Shown here: positions 36,259 through 46,887 of the stretch, piece by piece
Layout of the letters: each line of letters starts with the position of its first letter
How positions within the stretch are numbered: position 1 is the stretch's first letter
NCBI GenBank assembly: GCA_946491735.1
Contig: CAMLYK010000001.1
Location: forward strand, 1,769-65,768
Length of the DNA: 64,000 nucleotides
Direction: 5' to 3'
Source: an uncultured Clostridia bacterium
GTDB taxonomy: Bacteria > Bacillota > Clostridia > Christensenellales > UBA1242
Translations under genes and position numbers: made by a program
Notes under the pieces: model-generated
Database searches by the model: none
What the model saw: only the letters and a program-made list of their open reading frames with translations
Told to the model about the DNA's origin: nothing

Positions 36259-38731
36259 CTATCGTTTCTTCCATATCAGACGAATCTTCATCTCTATCGA
36301 CTATAGCAACGCTTACGACTTTGTCATTGGCACTCACTTTCATCAATCTCACTCCAAGACTAGTTCTGCTGACCAAATTTATACTATCTGCATGTGTTCT
36401 GATCATTACGCCATCACTTGATATTGCCAAAATATCTTTATTTTCATCAATCGGACGCATAGCCACCACTTTGCCAGTCTTTTCATTGAATACGCCCGCT
36501 TTCAAACCTTTTCCGCGTCTGCTTTGCACTCTATACTGATCTATTTTGCTTCGTTTTGCATAACCTTTTTCTGTCACTGTCAACAGATCCATATTTGGAT
36601 CAATAGCAATCATGTCAATTATATTTTCATCCGGCTCAATCTTCATTCCCTTTACACCATGAGATGTTCTACCAACTAATCGAATGGATTTTTCATTGAA
36701 TCTTAGGCACTTTCCATTATCTGAAGCCACCATCAATTCATCATTAGGATGAATGATCTTCGCACTGATAAGATTGTCATTTTCGTTGAGTTTAATTGCA
36801 ATTTTTCCATTCTTTCTGACATTGTCAAATTCGGACAATTTTGTCTTTTTGATAAGTCCTTTTCTTGTCGCCATTACAAGATATGCACTGTCATCTCGTT
36901 CAAATTTCAAGACTGTATTGATCTTTTCATCCGCATCTAGTGGCAACAAATTTATGAGTGCTCTACCTTTGTTCTGTCTGCCAGCTTCTGGAATGTTGTA
37001 CGCTCTCAAGACATACACTTTACCAAGATTACTAAAGAACATGACATCATCATGGCTGTTCACAACGAACATATCTGTCACAAAATCTTCTTCTTTCGTC
37101 TTATGTGCATTCACTCCTCTGCCTCCGCGATGCTGTGATTTGTATTCACTGACAGGAAGACGTTTTACATATCCTTGAGAAGTGAGAGATATCACTACAT
37201 CATGTCGTTCAATCAAATCTCCAATATCAATGTCATCATAATCCATGATTATTTCAGATTTTCTAGGAGTAGGATATTTTTGTTTGATCTCTAATAATTC
37301 ACTCCTGATGATTTCATTGATCTTTCCTTCATCGCTTAATATCTCTTTCAAATGTGCTATCAAAATTTCCAATTCATCTAATTCTGCATTTAGTTTTTCG
37401 ACCTCAAGCCCGGTGAGTCTACTTAATTTCATTTCAAGAATCGCATTTGACTGTCTATCTGAAAGTTCGAATCTCGTTTGAAGCTTGATCATCGCGTCAT
37501 TTTTGTCTTCACTCTGTTTGATTATTTTTATCACTTCGTCAATATTGTTGACTGCAATCACCAAACCTTTCAAAATATGTTCACGCTCTTCAGCCTTTTT
37601 TAAATCATATTTTGTACGCCTAGTAATGACTTCGCGCTGAAAACTCAAATAATAATAGATTATCTCTTGCAAATTAAGGACTTTTGGTCGTCCATCCACA
37701 AGCGCCAGCAAAATGATACCACTAGACATCTGAAGCGGAGTCTGTTTGAAGAGCTGATTGAGTATCACATGCGGATTGGCATCTCGTTTCACTTCAACCA
37801 CAATTCGCATACCATCTCTATCTGATTCATCTCGCACATCAGATATTCCATCAATCTTTTTGTCCTTTGCTAGATTTGCAATCTGTGCAATCAACTTTGC
37901 CTTATTTACCTGATAAGGAATTGCGTGAGCGACAATTCTAAAACGTTTTCCATTATCATATGACTCTATATCCGTTTTAGCACGCATGACGACACCACCG
38001 CGTCCTGTCTTGTATGCCTGTTTAATTGCATTGTTGCTAAGGATTTCACCTCCTGTTGGGAAATCTGGCGCAGGAATATATTGCATCAGTTCATCAATTG
38101 TAATATTTGGGTCATCGATCATCGCCACAACTGCATCGATCACTTCATTTAGGTTGTGTGGTGGGATATTTGTAGCCATACCCACTGCAATACCATCACT
38201 TCCGTTCACAAGCAAATTAGGGAATCTGCTAGGAAGCACTTTAGGCTGAACAGTGGTTGCATCAAAGTTTGGATAAAAATCTACGGTATCTTTATCTATA
38301 TCTCGCAACAATTCTCCCGCAATTTTACTGAGTCTTGCCTCTGTATAACGATATGCTGCGGCAGGGTCCCCATCCACGCTACCGAAGTTTCCATTCGGAT
38401 CAATAAGTGGTTCATTGATTGTAAAATCTTGTGCTAGACGCACTAGGGCATCATATACTGAATTATCCCCATGTGGATGATATTTACCAAGCACATCTCC
38501 GACAATCTTTGCACATTTTCTGAAAGGTTTGTCATAAGTCAATCCGTTCTCATTCATAGAATACAATATTCTTCTATGCACAGGCTTTAATCCATCTCTC
38601 ACATCAGGTAGTGCACGCGACACATTGACCGCCATAGCATATGCGATGAAAGATTCTTTCATCTCATGCTCTACGTCTATATCTATATATCTAGTATTGT
38701 CTATTTTTTCAAACATTTCTTTATCTTTCAT
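36236..38731 (-). CDS. gyrA: DNA gyrase subunit A
   Basis: 831 aa. LPDVRDGLKPVHRRILY, active-site AAYRYTEARL and an acidic C-terminal tail. Confidence 0.95.
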   Translation of the reverse strand: MKDKEMFEKIDNTRYIDIDVEHEMKESFIAYAMAVNVSRALPDVRDGLKPVHRRILYSMNENGLTYDKPFRKCAKIVGDVLGKYHPHGDNSVYDALVRLAQDFTINEPLIDPNGNFGSVDGDPAAAYRYTEARLSKIAGELLRDIDKDTVDFYPNFDATTVQPKVLPSRFPNLLVNGSDGIAVGMATNIPPHNLNEVIDAVVAMIDDPNITIDELMQYIPAPDFPTGGEILSNNAIKQAYKTGRGGVVMRAKTDIESYDNGKRFRIVAHAIPYQVNKAKLIAQIANLAKDKKIDGISDVRDESDRDGMRIVVEVKRDANPHVILNQLFKQTPLQMSSGIILLALVDGRPKVLNLQEIIYYYLSFQREVITRRTKYDLKKAEEREHILKGLVIAVNNIDEVIKIIKQSEDKNDAMIKLQTRFELSDRQSNAILEMKLSRLTGLEVEKLNAELDELEILIAHLKEILSDEGKINEIIRSELLEIKQKYPTPRKSEIIMDYDDIDIGDLIERHDVVISLTSQGYVKRLPVSEYKSQHRGGRGVNAHKTKEEDFVTDMFVVNSHDDVMFFSNLGKVYVLRAYNIPEAGRQNKGRALINLLPLDADEKINTVLKFERDDSAYLVMATRKGLIKKTKLSEFDNVRKNGKIAIKLNENDNLISAKIIHPNDELMVASDNGKCLRFNEKSIRLVGRTSHGVKGMKIEPDENIIDMIAIDPNMDLLTVTEKGYAKRSKIDQYRVQSRRGKGLKAGVFNEKTGKVVAMRPIDENKDILAISSDGVMIRTHADSINLVSRTSLGVRLMKVSANDKVVSVAIVDRDEDSSDMEETIDEESTDI

Positions 38732-38740
38732 CTCTATCTC

Positions 38741-40699
38741 CTAGACATCAAGGTCTGTCACAAGTGTGGCATGTTGTTCTATAAACTCGCGTCTACCTTC
38801 AGGTCGATCTCCCATAAGCAGATCAAACACCTCATTGCAAGTCACTTCATCTTTCATTGTCACTTTCTTTAACGTTCTTGTTTCTGGATTCATTGTGGTC
38901 TCCCAAAGTAGATCTGCATTCATTTCTCCTAGACCTTTATATCTTTGTACATTGTATCCTTTTTCTGTATCCAACACGGCAGCCTCTTTTTCTTCTTCTG
39001 TATAATAGTAGGCAACCTGCTTGCCATGAGTCACTTTGTATAGCGGTGGCTGAGCCACGTATACATGCCCTTCTTCAATCAGTGGACGCATATATCTAAA
39101 GAAGAATGTGAGCATCAATATCTCAATATGACTGCCATCCACATCCGCATCTGTCATGATGATGATTTTGTCATATCTGAGTTTCTTAGGATCGCAATTT
39201 TCATATATTCCGCAACCAAACGCTGTGATCATTGCATTAATTTCTGCGTTTTCCAGTGCATGAGCAAGTCTGGTCTTTTCGACATTCAATATCTTTCCCC
39301 TTAGAGGCAAAATCGCCTGATATCGCCTATCTCTACCTGACTTCGCTGTACCTCCGGCTGAATCTCCCTCAACAATAAATATCTCGCATTCACCGGCATT
39401 TTTTGAACTACAATCAGCCAACTTTCCTGGCAAATTTGTAGATTCCAACGCACTCTTTCTTCTCGTCTCTTCACGTGCGTTTCGTGCTGCCTCGCGTGCG
39501 CGCTGAGACATCATACATTTATTGATCAAATCTTTGCTCTCTTTCGGATGCTCTTCAAGGTAATCTTTGAAGGTTTCTTCCATTGCTTTTGAGGTAAATG
39601 TTTTGATTTCATCTGTACCTAATTTAGTTTTAGTTTGTCCTTCGAATTGAGGTTCTTCTACCTTGACTGAGATTACTGCAACTATTCCTTCGCGCGTGTC
39701 TTCTCCGCTCAATTTCTTGTTATCTTTGATTATTTTGTTGTTTATAGCATAGTCATTGATTATCTTCATCAAACTGTTTTTGAATCCGTCGACATGCTTG
39801 CCTCCTTCTTCAGTGTTGATGTTGTTGCAATAACTATGAATGTTCTCCGTATACGTATCAGTATATTGAAAACTAAATTCAATCTCGCATGTGGCATCTA
39901 CGCTCTTGCCATTCTCGTCCTTACGCTTGTATTTATAAGTTTTGTCTACATAGATAGGTTCTGGGAAAACGCAAGTTTTGTTTTCAGTAAGATCAGCAAC
40001 AAACTCTTGAATACCTCCCATGAATTGATACAAGTTCTCTTGTTCTTTTCCTTCTCTTAAATCAGACAAATGAATTCTCAGTCCCTTATTTAAAAAGGCA
40101 ATCTCTCTTAACCTTGCTTTCAATGTGTCATAATTGAATTCGGTAATCGGGAAAATCTCATCGTCTGGTTTGAATGTCACCTTTGTGCCAGTCCTTTCGA
40201 TTGGAACGTCGCCTACAACTGCAAGACGACCAGTAGGCACTCCGCGATGATATTCTTGATGATAATGTTTGCCATTTTGATATATATCCAAAATGAGTGT
40301 TTCACTGAGCGCATTTACGACAGACAAGCCCACTCCGTGTAGACCGCCAGAAATCTTGTATCCGCCACCGCCAAACTTTCCGCCAGCATGAAGTTTTGTT
40401 AGCACCAATTCTGCTGCACTGATACCCTCTTTTTCGTGAATACCAGTAGGAATACCTCTACCATTGTCGAGCACACTCACCGAACCATCTTCGTTGATAG
40501 TAACGTTGATTTCATTACAATATCCCGCCAGTGCTTCATCAATTGAGTTATCTACAATCTCAGTAACCAAATGATGCAGACCCTTTTCGTCGGTAGACCC
40601 AATATACATTCCAGGGCGTTTTCTTACAGGTTCCAAACCTTCAAGCACCTGAATTGCACTCGCTCCATACTCTCCTGTCACTTTTAAATCATCCGTCAT
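38741..40699 (-). CDS. gyrB: DNA gyrase subunit B
   Basis: 652 aa. YGASAIQVLEGLEPVRKRPGMYIG, GGLHGVG and Toprim EIFIVEGDSAGG. Confidence 0.95.
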   Translation of the reverse strand: MTDDLKVTGEYGASAIQVLEGLEPVRKRPGMYIGSTDEKGLHHLVTEIVDNSIDEALAGYCNEINVTINEDGSVSVLDNGRGIPTGIHEKEGISAAELVLTKLHAGGKFGGGGYKISGGLHGVGLSVVNALSETLILDIYQNGKHYHQEYHRGVPTGRLAVVGDVPIERTGTKVTFKPDDEIFPITEFNYDTLKARLREIAFLNKGLRIHLSDLREGKEQENLYQFMGGIQEFVADLTENKTCVFPEPIYVDKTYKYKRKDENGKSVDATCEIEFSFQYTDTYTENIHSYCNNINTEEGGKHVDGFKNSLMKIINDYAINNKIIKDNKKLSGEDTREGIVAVISVKVEEPQFEGQTKTKLGTDEIKTFTSKAMEETFKDYLEEHPKESKDLINKCMMSQRAREAARNAREETRRKSALESTNLPGKLADCSSKNAGECEIFIVEGDSAGGTAKSGRDRRYQAILPLRGKILNVEKTRLAHALENAEINAMITAFGCGIYENCDPKKLRYDKIIIMTDADVDGSHIEILMLTFFFRYMRPLIEEGHVYVAQPPLYKVTHGKQVAYYYTEEEKEAAVLDTEKGYNVQRYKGLGEMNADLLWETTMNPETRTLKKVTMKDEVTCNEVFDLLMGDRPEGRREFIEQHATLVTDLDV

Positions 40700-40928
40700 A
40701 ATTTCTCCTTAAAAATTTTGTCAATTTAACTAATACAAAAGCATAATAAAAAGTTTACAAACCCAATAAAAATTGCAAATATCTTATATCTTTTTGTAAA
40801 AAAAATATATTATATAAATATATAATATATTTTACCAAAAAACTTATATAAAAACAAGTGTTTGACGCCCTAAAAAATAGGGAAATTTGCCATATTTTTT
40901 ACATTAGAAAAAAAGATATCTTGACAAC

Positions 40929-40958
40929 AAAAAAATTTGCTAAAAGCATAGCAAATTT
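40929..40958 (-). terminator. Rho-independent terminator
   Basis: tttgcta / tagcaaa stem with a 6-nt loop, followed by T7 on the minus strand. It lies downstream of the stop at 40976. Confidence 0.6.
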
Positions 40959-40975
40959 TATTTATTTTTTTATTT

Positions 40976-41569
40976 TTACAAATTAAATTTACCATTATAA
41001 TCTATCAAATCATTGGTCGGATATAATACTTGAGTTTCGGGATCATATGTATAATTTTTATCAACACTAACTTTCATTATTTCATCATCTTCGTTGCCAA
41101 TATTTGTTGTCAACAAAACATTTTCACGCGTCGAGCCGTATTCTCCAGACAAATTAGATCCTGCTACCAAATAATATTTTTCATGCTGATAATCAAACCA
41201 ATCATCAAATGTTCTATAAACTTTATATAAAGATTGATCAGCAGACAAAATCAATTTTATATTCTTTTTGCTCTCATATTGCCAATCAACTAAACACTTG
41301 CCCGTTCCTGTCAACACCAAAGTAGGATTATCTATGCCATTAAGAGCTGCTGGGCCAATTTTGTAATCATAATCGCCTGCTCTATATTTTGAAAATGGTC
41401 GTCTTTCATCAATATTTGGCAATACCAAATATTCTGGACACTCATCAGTTAAAATATTGATTTTAGTTATTGTACGATCTTCTGTAATATACACAACTTC
41501 TGGTTCATTATCTTTGTATTGTATGTAAACACCGGCCTTATATTTTTTTGGCAAATTTAAATATTTCAT
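40976..41569 (-). CDS. Hypothetical cytoplasmic protein
   Basis: Start re-called to ATG 41569 (MKYLNLPKK...), which is preceded by GGAGAAGA. 197 aa. I recognise no family. Confidence 0.5.
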   Translation of the reverse strand: MKYLNLPKKYKAGVYIQYKDNEPEVVYITEDRTITKINILTDECPEYLVLPNIDERRPFSKYRAGDYDYKIGPAALNGIDNPTLVLTGTGKCLVDWQYESKKNIKLILSADQSLYKVYRTFDDWFDYQHEKYYLVAGSNLSGEYGSTRENVLLTTNIGNEDDEIMKVSVDKNYTYDPETQVLYPTNDLIDYNGKFNL

Positions 41570-41681
41570 ATCTTCTCCTATGTCTAGCATATTATTTGAA
41601 ATTTTCAATTATAATCTAAAAATCAAATTTAATCAAAAACTTCTAAAAAAATGATCAGTTTTATATTTCTATTGAATAAAT

Positions 41682-43250
41682 CTACACATTAATTTTATTT
41701 AATTCTTCTATCTCTTTGTTGATATCCAAACGTTGATATAAATTTTCATTTTTAGTCACTTTTGTATTATCGCCAATGAATCCATATTCTCTGTATTTGT
41801 CAAAACTATCTGGAACGGTTAGTCCCCAACTAGCATAGACGAGTTTTGGTTTCACGGTCAAGAATGGCAAAAGTAAAGTATTTGTAATGATAATTGTTTC
41901 ACTTAACACATTCAAAACAGTATTCAACCTTTGTGTATCCCCAGATTTTGCCAGCACCCAAGGAGCATTCTCGTCAATAAATTTATTGGCACGAGAAAAC
42001 ATCTCAAAAATTGTATTCAAAGCACCTGTCGGATTGATATCTTCCATCATTTCAAACACCTGTTTGCGTTTGTTTAAAATCTCAGTCTGGAACTCTCTAT
42101 CGCTTTCAGTTAAATTGGTTGCCCGGTTTAGCGTTCCGCCAAGATATTTACCTATCATTCCAATCGTTCTTGATACAAGATTGCCATATTCATTGGCGAG
42201 ATTGGTGTTGTATGAATTCAAAAATAATTCTTGCGTATATGGTCCATCCTGCCCAAAAATCACTTCTTTGATTAAAAACATTCTAATAGCATCAATTCCA
42301 TATCTATCAGATAATATACGTGGGTCAATCACACTTCCCGAATTGGCCTTTGACTTGGATAGTTTCCCTCCGTCAAACAACAGCCAACCGTGCCCGTAGA
42401 CTTGCTTTGGCAAAGGCAGGTCAAGTGCCATCAAAATTGCTGGCCAAATAATCGAATGGAAGCGGACAATCTCTTTCCCCACCACGTGAACATCACACGG
42501 CCAAAACTTTTTGAATAGGGAATCGTCCTTTTGAAGATATCCCAATGCGCTAATGTAGTTTGGCAACGCATCTATCCAAACATAAACCGTGTGTTTTGGG
42601 TCAAAATCGACTGGCACTCCCCATTTCACACTCGTCCTGCTGACGCACAAATCTTTTAATCCCGGCTTTATGAAATTGTTTATCATTTCATTTACTCGAG
42701 TATGTGGACGCAAGAAATCGGTCTCAGTCAGCAATTTTTCAATTCTATCCTGATACTTGCTAAGACGGAAAAAATACGCCTCTTCTTCCATTGGCTCAAC
42801 CGGTCTACCACAATCTGGACATTTGCCGTCAACTAATTGTTCTTCTGTCCAAAACGATTCACACGGAGTACAATATAGTCCTCTGTATGATGATTTGTAA
42901 ATATCACCCTTTTCGTACAACTTTTTGAATATCTTTTGCACTGTCTCGACGTGACTAGAGTCAGTAGTTCGGATGAATTTGTCATACGAAATATCTAGCG
43001 TGTCCCAAAGTGCACGTGTGTCGGCAACAATCTCATTCAAATATTCCATTTCGCTGAGATTTTTTTCCCTCGCTATCTTTTCAATCTTCTGACCGTGTTC
43101 GTCCGTTCCAGTTAGATAAAACACATCTTTCCCCATCATTCGATTAAACCGCGCTATACTATCGCAAAGAATCGTGGTATAGCAATTCCCTAACGTCATC
43201 TTGTTGCTAGGATAATAAATAGGTGTTGTGATATAAAATGTGTTCTTCAT
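41682..43250 (-). CDS. metG: Methionine--tRNA ligase (short form, no C-terminal tRNA-binding domain)
   Basis: 522 aa. ITTPIYYPSNKMTLGN, Zn knuckle CPDCG and KMSKS-type GKLSKSK. Confidence 0.92.
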   Translation of the reverse strand: MKNTFYITTPIYYPSNKMTLGNCYTTILCDSIARFNRMMGKDVFYLTGTDEHGQKIEKIAREKNLSEMEYLNEIVADTRALWDTLDISYDKFIRTTDSSHVETVQKIFKKLYEKGDIYKSSYRGLYCTPCESFWTEEQLVDGKCPDCGRPVEPMEEEAYFFRLSKYQDRIEKLLTETDFLRPHTRVNEMINNFIKPGLKDLCVSRTSVKWGVPVDFDPKHTVYVWIDALPNYISALGYLQKDDSLFKKFWPCDVHVVGKEIVRFHSIIWPAILMALDLPLPKQVYGHGWLLFDGGKLSKSKANSGSVIDPRILSDRYGIDAIRMFLIKEVIFGQDGPYTQELFLNSYNTNLANEYGNLVSRTIGMIGKYLGGTLNRATNLTESDREFQTEILNKRKQVFEMMEDINPTGALNTIFEMFSRANKFIDENAPWVLAKSGDTQRLNTVLNVLSETIIITNTLLLPFLTVKPKLVYASWGLTVPDSFDKYREYGFIGDNTKVTKNENLYQRLDINKEIEELNKINV

Positions 43251-43288
43251 ATTTTCTCCTTAATTTTATAAATTTTTTATGTTATATT

Positions 43289-43873
43289 TTATTTAGAATT
43301 TTTCACTAAGTATGCGATATAGTGACGGCTGTCGAATTCAAGTTTGTATTTATCAAATTTCACCTTTGGATAATGCTCTGGGGTTGGATTTTTGAATTTC
43401 TTTTTCTTAACGATTTTGAATCCTTTTTCCTTCAGATATTGCTCGATATATCTAAAATGCACGCACGGGTCCTCAAATATGTCGATAATAAGGAAATAAT
43501 CTGCCTTGATGTCCATAATGTGATGGAACATATTCTCAAACGAATTGCCCCACCTAAGCGCCTCGCCTAGCGAGCAATGGACTAGACAAAAATCATATTG
43601 TTTCCTAAAAGTCGTGGTGCAAATGTCCGCTTCCATAATCTCAAGTCTGTCGCTACCAATTGCATTTTCAAGTGGATTTTTCTTCCTATTATCTCCCGGA
43701 AAAATCACTGCATCCACCCTTGCTCGTGGGAAATATTTCAATGCAATGCTCGCACTGATCTTTCCGCTCCCTGCATCAATCACTTTTTTGAATTCGTCCC
43801 TATTCAACTTCTTCGTCATCACACGAATGATTTTATCGTGAATTGATTTTGACGTATCGACCAATTTTTCCAT
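43289..43873 (-). CDS. Class I SAM-dependent methyltransferase
   Basis: 194 aa. VIDAGSGKISASIAL glycine-rich loop. Confidence 0.55.
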   Translation of the reverse strand: MEKLVDTSKSIHDKIIRVMTKKLNRDEFKKVIDAGSGKISASIALKYFPRARVDAVIFPGDNRKKNPLENAIGSDRLEIMEADICTTTFRKQYDFCLVHCSLGEALRWGNSFENMFHHIMDIKADYFLIIDIFEDPCVHFRYIEQYLKEKGFKIVKKKKFKNPTPEHYPKVKFDKYKLEFDSRHYIAYLVKNSK

Positions 43874-43882
43874 ATCTTTCCC

Positions 43883-44251
43883 CTATGGTATTCTAACTTT
43901 CAATACCTTATCTGCTTGCTTGTCTTGATTTAATCTATCATACATAATTGCCACATATTTCGGTCCATGATCTCTAAGTTCTTCTATCATATTATGAATT
44001 TTTTTATCCAATTTCCTTAAAAATGAAAATTTCAATCTCGATTTTAGTATTGCTCTTACTTCATCGTTTGATAAATCTTCATTGTCTTTCAAAAATTCAT
44101 ATAATGCCACAATTTGAAAATATTGTTCATTACTCAATTGTGTAACTGTAGATCTTCCTTCGGTTTGATTTTGTATTGATTTTGATGCTCTATACATCTC
44201 ATTTGATTCTTTCAATTTGTTTGACAGCATAACAATTAAATTATTAGACAT
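43883..44251 (-). CDS. Hypothetical protein
   Basis: 122 aa, predicted helical. I recognise no family. Confidence 0.4.
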   Translation of the reverse strand: MSNNLIVMLSNKLKESNEMYRASKSIQNQTEGRSTVTQLSNEQYFQIVALYEFLKDNEDLSNDEVRAILKSRLKFSFLRKLDKKIHNMIEELRDHGPKYVAIMYDRLNQDKQADKVLKVRIP

Positions 44252-44272
44252 AATAAATTTTCCCTTTTGCTT

Positions 44273-44707
44273 TTAAATTTCTTTGTATATCGTGCCGGGT
44301 CCGTCGAGGTGGCAGTCTATCTGCATATTCCCGCCAAAGACTCCCAGTTTAGTCTCCACTCCCATATTCTTCAATTCTTTCGCCACTGCCAAGTATAATT
44401 TCTTCGCCATATCCTTATCTGCTGATAGTGAAAAGTCAGGTCGCGCTCCACTATTTGCACTGGTACACAATGTGAAATTGGATATCAGCAGGACGGAATA
44501 GTTTAGATCAAGGACGCTATCATTTAGTTTCCCGTCTCGCCGAAATATGCGAATGGTCGCGATCTTCTTAGCAACTCTATTTACTTTGCTATAATCGTCA
44601 TCTCGCGTCACTCCTAGCATAACCATAAGTCCCGGACCTATCTCGCTCACTAGTTTGTCATCCACAGAAAGTTTGGCATATTTTACACGCTGAATCACCA
44701 ATCTCAT
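44273..44707 (-). CDS. dtd: D-aminoacyl-tRNA deacylase
   Basis: 144 aa. MRLVIQRV start, SNFTLC and GPGT near the C-terminus. Confidence 0.88.
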   Translation of the reverse strand: MRLVIQRVKYAKLSVDDKLVSEIGPGLMVMLGVTRDDDYSKVNRVAKKIATIRIFRRDGKLNDSVLDLNYSVLLISNFTLCTSANSGARPDFSLSADKDMAKKLYLAVAKELKNMGVETKLGVFGGNMQIDCHLDGPGTIYKEI

Positions 44708-44708
44708 T

Positions 44709-45128
44709 TTATCCTCTCGCGATCTTGCTCACCAAACTCATATCCACTTTTCCAGCATAGTTTGCTTTGAAATGTTTCATCACCGATGGGATAGACTTGT
44801 CCTCGAGTGAATTGATGACCGATTTTATTTCATCCTCAGTCATCATCTTTGGGAGATATTTTGAAATTATTTCAATCTGCTTTGCGATATTCTCTGCCTC
44901 AGTTTCGTTCTTGACTTTTATATAATTTTCTCTCTCTTCTTTCAGTTCCTTAATCGTCTTTTGAATGATTTGGACGACATCGCTATCCGCTTGCTCTTTT
45001 CCGTCCTTTTTCAGTTCAATGCTATTTAGTAGCACCTTGTTCATCACCACGCCGAAAATCGCACGTGCCACACTGTCGTGGTCTTTCATAGCCTGAACAT
45101 TATCCTTTTTAATCTCATCAATCAACAT
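44709..45128 (-). CDS. GatB/YqeY-domain protein
   Basis: 139 aa. Typical MLIDEIKKDNVQAMKDHD start and ...YAGKVDMSLVSKIARG end. Confidence 0.75.
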   Translation of the reverse strand: MLIDEIKKDNVQAMKDHDSVARAIFGVVMNKVLLNSIELKKDGKEQADSDVVQIIQKTIKELKEERENYIKVKNETEAENIAKQIEIISKYLPKMMTEDEIKSVINSLEDKSIPSVMKHFKANYAGKVDMSLVSKIARG

Positions 45129-45139
45129 ATTCTCTCCTT

Positions 45140-46573
45140 CTATTCATCTTTGAATATATCTTCTATTTCACTATTCTCCATTGGTGTCAATACAACGTCT
45201 TTTTCCTTTTGTATCTTGCTAGTATTCCTAGTATAAAGATTGTCCTTACCAGGCTCGTAGAATTGAGTGAATTCGCTCTTCCACTTGATTGGAATCGTGC
45301 CTCGCATACCATTTCTATGTTTTGCAATCACTAGCGAATAGTCTAGCGCATCATCCGAACTATCGCTCACATTTTCACTAGCCACATCGGATATGAACAT
45401 AACGATATCCGCATCTTGCTCGATACTTCCTGATTCTCTTAGGTCACTTAGTTGTGGAGTCTTGTCCGCACGCTTTTCGCTCTCACGATTGAGCTGTGAT
45501 AGTAGTATTATTGGCACACCCAACTCACGTGCTGCAAGTTTTATACTACGCGTCAATTCTGCCACTTCTTGCTGACGATTGCCATCTTTGTTTGCTCGCT
45601 CGCTCTTCATTAACTGCAAATAGTCGATTATTACCATATCCAGTCCAGATTGAGCTTTCAATCTTCTACATTTTGATAATATTTCTGCTGGTGTAATAGT
45701 CGTTGTATCGTCTATATAGATATTTGAATTTTCAAGTATTTTCTTGGTTTCAAACAAAGTCGCCCAGACGTTATTGTCCTTAGTACCACCTTTCACAAAA
45801 TCCATTGGCACACGTCCAGTCGAACATATGAATCTTTGAGCCACTTGTAGCGCTGACATCTCGAGATCAAACATCGCGACATATTTATTATATTTTAAAG
45901 CAGAGTTGATCGCAAAATTTACAGCCAAAGTGGTCTTACCAATACCAGGACGTGCTGCAATGATAATGAGTTCACCCGGCTTAAAGCCATTTGTGATCTT
46001 ATCAAGGGTTGGAAAACCTGTCTTAACACCCATGTTTGCATTAGGGTCAATTGAAATCTTTTCCATAAGATCGATCGCTTCGTTGACTCCCTTTTTAATA
46101 TGCTCAAGATCATTCGTTCGCCTTGTCTGCGCGATATCAAAAATGTATTTTTCAGCTCTCTCCAAGACATCTTTTGCTGAACCAGATTCAAACGCTTCAT
46201 TGATTGTCTGTTGAGACGCTTCTATGATTTGACGTAAGATACTATCATTTCGCACAATATCCATATAGTACTTGTAATTAGCCGCACTTGGAACAAAATT
46301 GGTCAAATCAGTAATATATCCAAGTCCGCCCACTTCTTCAAGTTCGCCTTTTGTTTCAAGCACATTGCTGACGGTAATGTAGTCAATTGCAACGTCTTTG
46401 AAATAATTGTCCAGCATTGCCTGATAGATTTTTTGATGTGCGATCGAATAAAAATCTTTTGCATTAAGGCTAGGGAACACGTCCGCGCATGCATCTACTG
46501 AAAGAAATAGACAGCCAAGTAAACTCTGCTCAGCTTCTAGATCGTTTGGTAAAATTTTAGCTTTCTTATCCAT
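45140..46573 (-). CDS. dnaB: Replicative DNA helicase
   Basis: 477 aa. LPNDLEAEQSLLGC N-terminus, Walker A ARPGIGKTT and SQLNRESEKR. Confidence 0.93.
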   Translation of the reverse strand: MDKKAKILPNDLEAEQSLLGCLFLSVDACADVFPSLNAKDFYSIAHQKIYQAMLDNYFKDVAIDYITVSNVLETKGELEEVGGLGYITDLTNFVPSAANYKYYMDIVRNDSILRQIIEASQQTINEAFESGSAKDVLERAEKYIFDIAQTRRTNDLEHIKKGVNEAIDLMEKISIDPNANMGVKTGFPTLDKITNGFKPGELIIIAARPGIGKTTLAVNFAINSALKYNKYVAMFDLEMSALQVAQRFICSTGRVPMDFVKGGTKDNNVWATLFETKKILENSNIYIDDTTTITPAEILSKCRRLKAQSGLDMVIIDYLQLMKSERANKDGNRQQEVAELTRSIKLAARELGVPIILLSQLNRESEKRADKTPQLSDLRESGSIEQDADIVMFISDVASENVSDSSDDALDYSLVIAKHRNGMRGTIPIKWKSEFTQFYEPGKDNLYTRNTSKIQKEKDVVLTPMENSEIEDIFKDE

Positions 46574-46629
46574 AATATCTCCTTTTTAACAAGTAAGGAA
46601 CAATTTATTAAAATTCGTTTTTATATTTA

Positions 46630-46887
46630 TTATTTAAACACGTCTTTTTTGTCGTCTTCAATCTCTGATTTATGCTTATTTTTGTGTCTGACAATCAGTT
46701 CTTCAATCAGTACAGCCACTCCCATGATCACAACAAACAAGAAAATTTGCAATCCGTTCGAAGTGATAATGTTGCGCATAAGATAGGCAAATACTATCAA
46801 AAATGGTACACAACATAACATTGTGATGGCGATTCGCTTCGCCACTCGAATTGCATTATCATATACGGAATCTCTGTTATCTCGCAT
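46630..46887 (-). CDS. Small two-TM membrane protein
   Basis: 85 aa. The start overlaps the typA stop (TAATG). Confidence 0.5.
   Translation of the reverse strand: MRDNRDSVYDNAIRVAKRIAITMLCCVPFLIVFAYLMRNIITSNGLQIFLFVVIMGVAVLIEELIVRHKNKHKSEIEDDKKDVFK

Noticed and set aside
36240-40060. Numerous + strand ORFs inside gyrA/gyrB, and similar antisense ORFs inside typA, dnaB, metG, recN and recA
   Set aside because: They are antisense shadows of highly conserved genes. Their Ser/Leu/Ile-rich products have no family resemblance and no RBS.
40700-40975. Possible replication origin or DnaA-box cluster upstream of gyrB
   Set aside because: I found no TTATCCACA-like boxes on either strand, and dnaA, dnaN and recF are absent. 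The AT-rich palindromic stretch (tatatattatataaatatataatatat) is low-complexity. The one clean hairpin is the terminator of the neighbouring gene.
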